Below are positions 8,162 to 12,186 of a stretch of 12,186 nt of DNA, one piece after another. Location: contig JBBDTI010000058.1 in assembly GCA_040904565.1 (NCBI GenBank), forward strand, positions 62,972 through 75,157, given 5' to 3'. The DNA comes from Rhodothermales bacterium (GTDB lineage Bacteria > Bacteroidota > Rhodothermia > Rhodothermales > VXPQ01). Under the pieces are notes generated by a model. The model made no database searches and had not been told where the DNA came from. It saw only the letters and a list, made by a program, of their open reading frames with translations. Numbering within the stretch: position 1 is the stretch's first letter; every line of letters begins with the position of its first letter. The position numbers were made by a program, and so were the translations under genes.

Positions 8162-8221
8162 TGTCCATACTGGAAAGGTACGGACATTCTAATGTTTGTA
8201 TGTCATAATGTGCTTACATTA
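8162..8221. promoter_or_regulatory. Array of four phased TGT-N4-ACA-like boxes, candidate GntR/HutC operators
   Basis: 8162 TGTCCATACT; 8177 GGTACGGACA (reverse complement TGTCCGTACC); 8193 TGTTTGTATG; 8209 TGTGCTTACA within the palindrome TAATGT-N4-ACATTA (8206-8221). Spacing is 15/16/16 bp. The array lies between divergent genes, next to a HutC-type GntR. Confidence 0.65.
8181..8209 (+). promoter_or_regulatory. Candidate sigma70 promoter of the gntR-SIS-SDR-FAD operon
   Basis: CGGACA (8181-8186), 17-nt spacer, CATAAT (8204-8209), preceded by TG-n (extended -10). Confidence 0.5.
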
Positions 8222-8359
8222 CGTCGTGACTAGAAGAACGGTCATAGCGATCAGGCGCGCAAGCGGGGCGCGACAAGCCGATGCAGATCGCGGTGAGGAA
8301 GGCCCCGACAGCAGACATTCCGGATGAAACGAACGTATGACGGAACGAACGCACGAGGT

Positions 8360-9097
8360 ATGACGCAGCACGAATTGCCCATCACGCCCGCGGATCCTGA
8401 CAGTCCGGTGCCGCTCTACCACCAGGTGTCGGAGGATCTAAAGGGTATGATACGGGAAGGTACGCTGGCGGCCGACGCCGCGCTGCCGTCCGAGCAGGAG
8501 CTCTGTCGACGCTACGGCGTGAGCCGGCACACGCTCCGCGCCGCCATGTCGCAGCTGACTTCGGCAGACCTGGTCGTACGTCAGGCCGGACGCGGGACGT
8601 TCGTTCGCTCGGCGGCGAGTCGAACGCAGTTTTTTCTGGATCGGAGCTTCACGCGACAGATGCGCGACATGGGGCGCACCCCGCAGTCCCGCCTCCTCTC
8701 CAGGGATGAGCCCGTCCCCCCGGTAGACCGCGAACGGATCGGCGGGCCCTGCATCCATTTCGTGCGGCTTCGTCTGGGCGACGACGAGCCCATCGGTATC
8801 CAGCACACGTCCGTCAGCGCGGCCCGCTGTCCCGGACTCGACCCCGCCGACCTCGACCCCGCCTCTCTCTACGCACTGCTTGCCGAAGAGTACAGGATCC
8901 GCATCTCCGAGATCCGCCACAGGGTGTCCGCGACGGTCGCGGACCCGGATCAGGCCGATCTGTTGCAGGTTGCCGCCGGCGATCCGCTCCTCGTCGTGCG
9001 CACGGCAGCGTCGGATGAGGAGGGGGACGTCATCGAGGTGACGACGAGCTTCTACCGTGCCGATCGCTACGAGTACTCGACGTCGCACACCTATTGA
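8360..9097 (+). CDS. GntR-family transcriptional regulator, HutC/UTRA subfamily (NagR/DasR/FrlR-like), ~245 aa (alternative start 8324)
   Basis: wHTH 'PLYHQV...LPSEQELCRRYGVSRHTLRAAMSQL...VVRQAGRGTFV'. UTRA-type C-domain 'SFTRQMRDMGRTP', 'RLRLGDDEPI', 'SLYALLAEEY', 'YRADRYEY'. Confidence 0.93.
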   Translation: MTQHELPITPADPDSPVPLYHQVSEDLKGMIREGTLAADAALPSEQELCRRYGVSRHTLRAAMSQLTSADLVVRQAGRGTFVRSAASRTQFFLDRSFTRQMRDMGRTPQSRLLSRDEPVPPVDRERIGGPCIHFVRLRLGDDEPIGIQHTSVSAARCPGLDPADLDPASLYALLAEEYRIRISEIRHRVSATVADPDQADLLQVAAGDPLLVVRTAASDEEGDVIEVTTSFYRADRYEYSTSHTY

Positions 9098-9195
9098 GGG
9101 CGTCGTTCGGTCCCGCACGTCTACCCGGCCGTTATGGCGCCGACCACGCTCTTATTCCGACCATCGCCCCATCATTCAGTAAGTACATCACACGC

Positions 9196-10050
9196 ATGAC
9201 CCAGTCCGAATCTACTCCCGCAACGCACTCCGCGGCCGGCCCGGCCGCCGGCCTCGCCTATCTCGACGCCATCCAGGATGTACTTGGCTATATCCGCGAG
9301 ACCCAGATGGACGCCATGGAGGTCGCCGCCGATATCTGTGCCGAGACGATCGGAAACGAAGGCCTCGTTCATCTCTTTGGGACGGGCCATTCACGCATTC
9401 CCGTGGAAGAGATGTTTCCGCGCCACGGAAGCTTTCCGGGCTTTCATCCCATCGTGGAGCTGTCGCTGACCTTCCACAACCCGGTCGTGGGATCCAATGG
9501 CCAGCGGCAGGCCATGTACCTCGAGCACGTGGAAGGCTTCGGGGACGTCATCCTGCGGAATTTCGTACTGCGGGCCCCCGACAGCTTCATGATCTTCTCG
9601 AACAGCGGGGTGAATGAGGTGGTGCTGGACGTCGCCCTGGCCGCGAAGCGGAAGGGCCTGCCCGTTATCGCCGTGGTCTCGATGGAGCACTGCCTCGCGT
9701 CCAGGCCCGTGCACAGCTCCGGCAAACGCCTGCCGGACGTGGCGGACGTAACGATCGATACGGGGGCACCCGGCGGCGACGCCATGGTAGAAATCGACGG
9801 ACTCGAAGATCCTGTGGGTCCGGCCTCCACGGTGGGCGGAGCCGCGGTGGTCAATACGGTGAAGTGCCTCCTGGCCGATCGGCTCACGCGGATGGGGAAG
9901 CCTCCGATCGTGCTTACGAGCAGCTATTTCCTCGGATCGGAGGCGTCCAGAGAGCGCTTCGACGTTTGCTACGACGAGTATCGGCGGCGCATGCGCCGCG
10001 TATATGGCTGCGATGACCGTGAGGTGGAGGGATCCCATGGAAACGCGTGA
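9196..10050 (+). CDS. SIS-domain (sugar-phosphate binding/isomerase fold) protein, UPF0309-like, ~284 aa
   Basis: Start reassigned to the in-frame ATG at 9196. Motifs 'VHLFGTGHSRIPVEEMFPRHGSFPG', 'IFSNSGVN', 'GLPVIAVVS', 'HSSGKRLPDVADVTIDTGAPGGDA', 'VGPASTVGG', 'GKPPIVLTS'. Confidence 0.88.
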   Translation: MTQSESTPATHSAAGPAAGLAYLDAIQDVLGYIRETQMDAMEVAADICAETIGNEGLVHLFGTGHSRIPVEEMFPRHGSFPGFHPIVELSLTFHNPVVGSNGQRQAMYLEHVEGFGDVILRNFVLRAPDSFMIFSNSGVNEVVLDVALAAKRKGLPVIAVVSMEHCLASRPVHSSGKRLPDVADVTIDTGAPGGDAMVEIDGLEDPVGPASTVGGAAVVNTVKCLLADRLTRMGKPPIVLTSSYFLGSEASRERFDVCYDEYRRRMRRVYGCDDREVEGSHGNA

Positions 10051-10816
10051 TCTGGACGGCCGCGTCTGTATCGTTACCGGCGCCGCTAGCGGCATCGGAC
10101 GTGCCACCGCGCGCCTTTTCGCCCGACATGGGGCCCGTGTCGCCGCCTTCGACGTGAACCGTGGGGAGGGCGAGGAGGTCGTCCAGGCCATACGCGACGA
10201 TGCAGGCACGGCCGCCTTCTTCGAGGTCGACGTGAGCGACGGCGAACAGGTTCGAGCCGCCGTCGAGGGCGTGGCGGCGGAATTCGGCCGCGTCGACGTG
10301 CTCTTCAACGTCGTCGGCGTGAGCGGCAGGAAATGGGGCGACGGTCCGATTCACGAATGCACCGAGGAGGCGTGGGACCGCGTCCTGGACGTCAACCTGA
10401 AGAGCGTTTTCTTGTGTACGAAATATGCCGTCGCACGCATGCTCGAGTCAGGCAGCGGCGCCGTGGTCAATCTGTCGAGCGTCCTCGCGCTGCAGGGCGG
10501 CGACGACGACTTCGCGACGCACGCCTACGCCGCCAGCAAGGGCGGAATCGTGAGCATGACGAGGTCGGTGGCCCGCTATTATTCGACCAAAGGCATCCGG
10601 GCGAACGTAATCTGTCCCGGTCTGATCGCGACGAAGATGAGCAGCCGGGCGCAGTCGGATCCGGATATTCTGAAGCGCCTCGAGACGCTCCAGCCACTTA
10701 CAGGCGCCTTTGGCGACCCGGAAGACGTCGCCGAGGCCGCCCTGTTTCTGGCGTCCGACCGCTCGTCTTTCATCACGGGCGCCGTCCTGCCGGTCGACGG
10801 AGGCTGGACGACGTGA
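10037..10816 (+). CDS. Classical SDR-family oxidoreductase, probably NAD(H)-dependent, 259 aa
   Basis: Start at ATG 10037 with SD GGAGG at 10026-10030 and a 14-nt overlap with the SIS gene. TGAASGIG, Asp after beta2 (AAFDVN), 'NVVG' in place of NNAG, 'NLSS', YAASK, 'IRANVICPG', 'ITGAVLPVDGG'. Confidence 0.93.
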   Translation: METRDLDGRVCIVTGAASGIGRATARLFARHGARVAAFDVNRGEGEEVVQAIRDDAGTAAFFEVDVSDGEQVRAAVEGVAAEFGRVDVLFNVVGVSGRKWGDGPIHECTEEAWDRVLDVNLKSVFLCTKYAVARMLESGSGAVVNLSSVLALQGGDDDFATHAYAASKGGIVSMTRSVARYYSTKGIRANVICPGLIATKMSSRAQSDPDILKRLETLQPLTGAFGDPEDVAEAALFLASDRSSFITGAVLPVDGGWTT

Positions 10817-10879
10817 TTCGGCTCCTTTCGCAATCGAATGGTCCGTACCCTCGAATCCATACCTGATCTCGACGCGAAT

Positions 10880-12186
10880 ATGCAGCCTTCGGACAACCAC
10901 GACCCGGATATCCAGCTCCCGGACATTCACAGCAAGCGCCTGACGGCCACCCGGCGCACGGAGGTACTCGTCGTCGGAAGCGGATCCGCGGGCGCTACCG
11001 CGGCAATCGCCGCGGCCCGCACCGGCGCCGAGACGCTCGTCGTCGAGCGGTACGGCTTCATGGGCGGCATCAGCACGCAGGTGCTGGATACCTTCTACGG
11101 CTTCTTCACCCCCGGCGCATCGTCCCGTAAAGTCGTCGGCGGCGTTCCCGATCTCGTCGTCGAGGCGCTGGATCGCCGCGGCGTCTCCATCGTTCGGCCG
11201 AACACGTACGGTGCCGGAAGCGGCATCACGTACGACCCGGAAACCCTCAAGGTCGTCTGGGAATCCCTGGCTCTGGAGGCCGGCGCGAAGCTGCTCTATC
11301 ACACGTTCGTGATGGATGCCGTCGTCGAAAACGGACACGTCGCGGGCGTGGTTGCGGCCACGAAAGGGGGGTGGATCAGGATTATGGCCGACGTCGTGGT
11401 GGATGCTTCGGGGGATGCGGACGTTGCCGCTTACGCGGGCGCACCGTTCGAGGGCCCCGACGAGGGCCCCGTGCAATCTCTCACGACGACCTTCCGGATG
11501 GTGGGCGTCGACGATGAACGGGCACGCGGCGTGACGAAAGATCATCTCCACGAGTTGATGGCCGCGGCGGCGGACGCCGGGGAGTACGACCTGCCGCGGC
11601 GAGAGGGAAGCATCCACATAACCCCGTACAGCGGCATCATGGCTACGAATATGACCCGGGTCGGAGACGTCGACGCGACCGACCCGGAGCAGCTCACCAT
11701 CGCCGAGGTCGAGGGACGGCGGCAGGCCCTCGAATATGCGCGCTTCCTGCACGACCGCGTGCCCGGGTACGAGAACGCCGTGCTGGCCGACCTCAGCAAC
11801 CAGATCGGCGTCCGCGAGAGCCGGCGCATCTATGGGGAGTATCGTCTCACGAGAGACGACGTGCTGGCAGCCCGAAAGTTCGACGACGCCGTGGCCCAGT
11901 GCGGTGCGCCGATCGAGGACCATCACGCGGGGAGCGACACCAAATGGGAGTACCTGCCCGACGGCGAGACCTACGACATTCCGTATCGCTGTCTCGTACC
12001 GCAGAAAGTAGACGGACTCCTGGTGGCCGGACGCTGTCTGTCGGCCGAGCACGATGCCCATGCCTCGGTCCGCAGCATGGGACAATGCATGGCGATGGGG
12101 CAGGCCGCCGGCGTCGCCGCAGCGCTTTCGTGCCGCCGCGACGAACGCCCGCGCGAGCTGGACGTCGGCGTGCTGCGAGACCACCT
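10880..12186 (+). CDS. FAD-dependent oxidoreductase (FAD_oxidored/PF12831-like), 3'-truncated by the window edge (alternative start ATG 10838)
   Basis: Translated by hand with no stop to the window end: MQPSDNHDPDIQ...EVLVVGSGSAGATAAIAAARTGAETLVVERYGFMGG...VVVDASGDADVAAYAGAPF...QIGVRESRRIYGEYRLT...YDIPYRCLVPQKVDGLLVAGRCLSAEHDAHASVRSMGQCMAMGQAAGVAAA...LDVGVLRDH. Missing from the supplied ORF track. Confidence 0.93.
   Translation, partial: MQPSDNHDPDIQLPDIHSKRLTATRRTEVLVVGSGSAGATAAIAAARTGAETLVVERYGFMGGISTQVLDTFYGFFTPGASSRKVVGGVPDLVVEALDRRGVSIVRPNTYGAGSGITYDPETLKVVWESLALEAGAKLLYHTFVMDAVVENGHVAGVVAATKGGWIRIMADVVVDASGDADVAAYAGAPFEGPDEGPVQSLTTTFRMVGVDDERARGVTKDHLHELMAAAADAGEYDLPRREGSIHITPYSGIMATNMTRVGDVDATDPEQLTIAEVEGRRQALEYARFLHDRVPGYENAVLADLSNQIGVRESRRIYGEYRLTRDDVLAARKFDDAVAQCGAPIEDHHAGSDTKWEYLPDGETYDIPYRCLVPQKVDGLLVAGRCLSAEHDAHASVRSMGQCMAMGQAAGVAAALSCRRDERPRELDVGVLRDH

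Noticed and set aside
9094-9195. Upstream TTG start for the SIS protein
   Set aside because: The extension is not SIS-like, and ATG 9196 gives a family-typical length.
8219-10354. Assorted minus-strand ORFs (8438-9118, 9391-10308 and others)
   Set aside because: They overlap confidently identified + strand genes and are GC-bias shadows.
10814-10879. SDR TGA stop is in frame with the FAD oxidoreductase with no other stop between (readthrough/selenocysteine fusion?)
   Set aside because: The SDR ends at its normal C-terminus (VDGGWTT), no convincing SECIS hairpin follows, and an in-frame arrangement over such a short gap is common by chance.
10448-12184. 578-aa minus-strand ORF
   Set aside because: Antisense shadow of the SDR and FAD oxidoreductase genes, which carry all the family motifs on the + strand.

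Overview
GC-rich bacterial window, probably chromosomal, with two functional blocks and no mobile element, RNA gene or CRISPR array. Block 1 (299-6533, +) is a heavy-metal RND efflux operon in the order MFP lipoprotein (czcB-like), CzcA-type pump, TolC-like OMF. It is followed by a His-motif 4-TM DUF2231-like membrane protein, a 3x22-bp direct repeat, a sigma70-like promoter and a ~72-aa orphan ORF. Block 2 (6911-12186) is an uncharacterised, probably amino-sugar/sugar-derivative catabolic locus. A Gfo/Idh/MocA oxidoreductase (-) lies divergent from a HutC/NagR-type GntR regulator, a UPF0309-like SIS protein, an SDR and a FAD-dependent oxidoreductase. The last gene is absent from the supplied ORF track because it runs off the right edge. 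The divergent intergenic region holds four phased TGT-N4-ACA-type operator boxes overlapping the predicted gntR promoter. All family assignments come from motif recognition by eye, with no database search.
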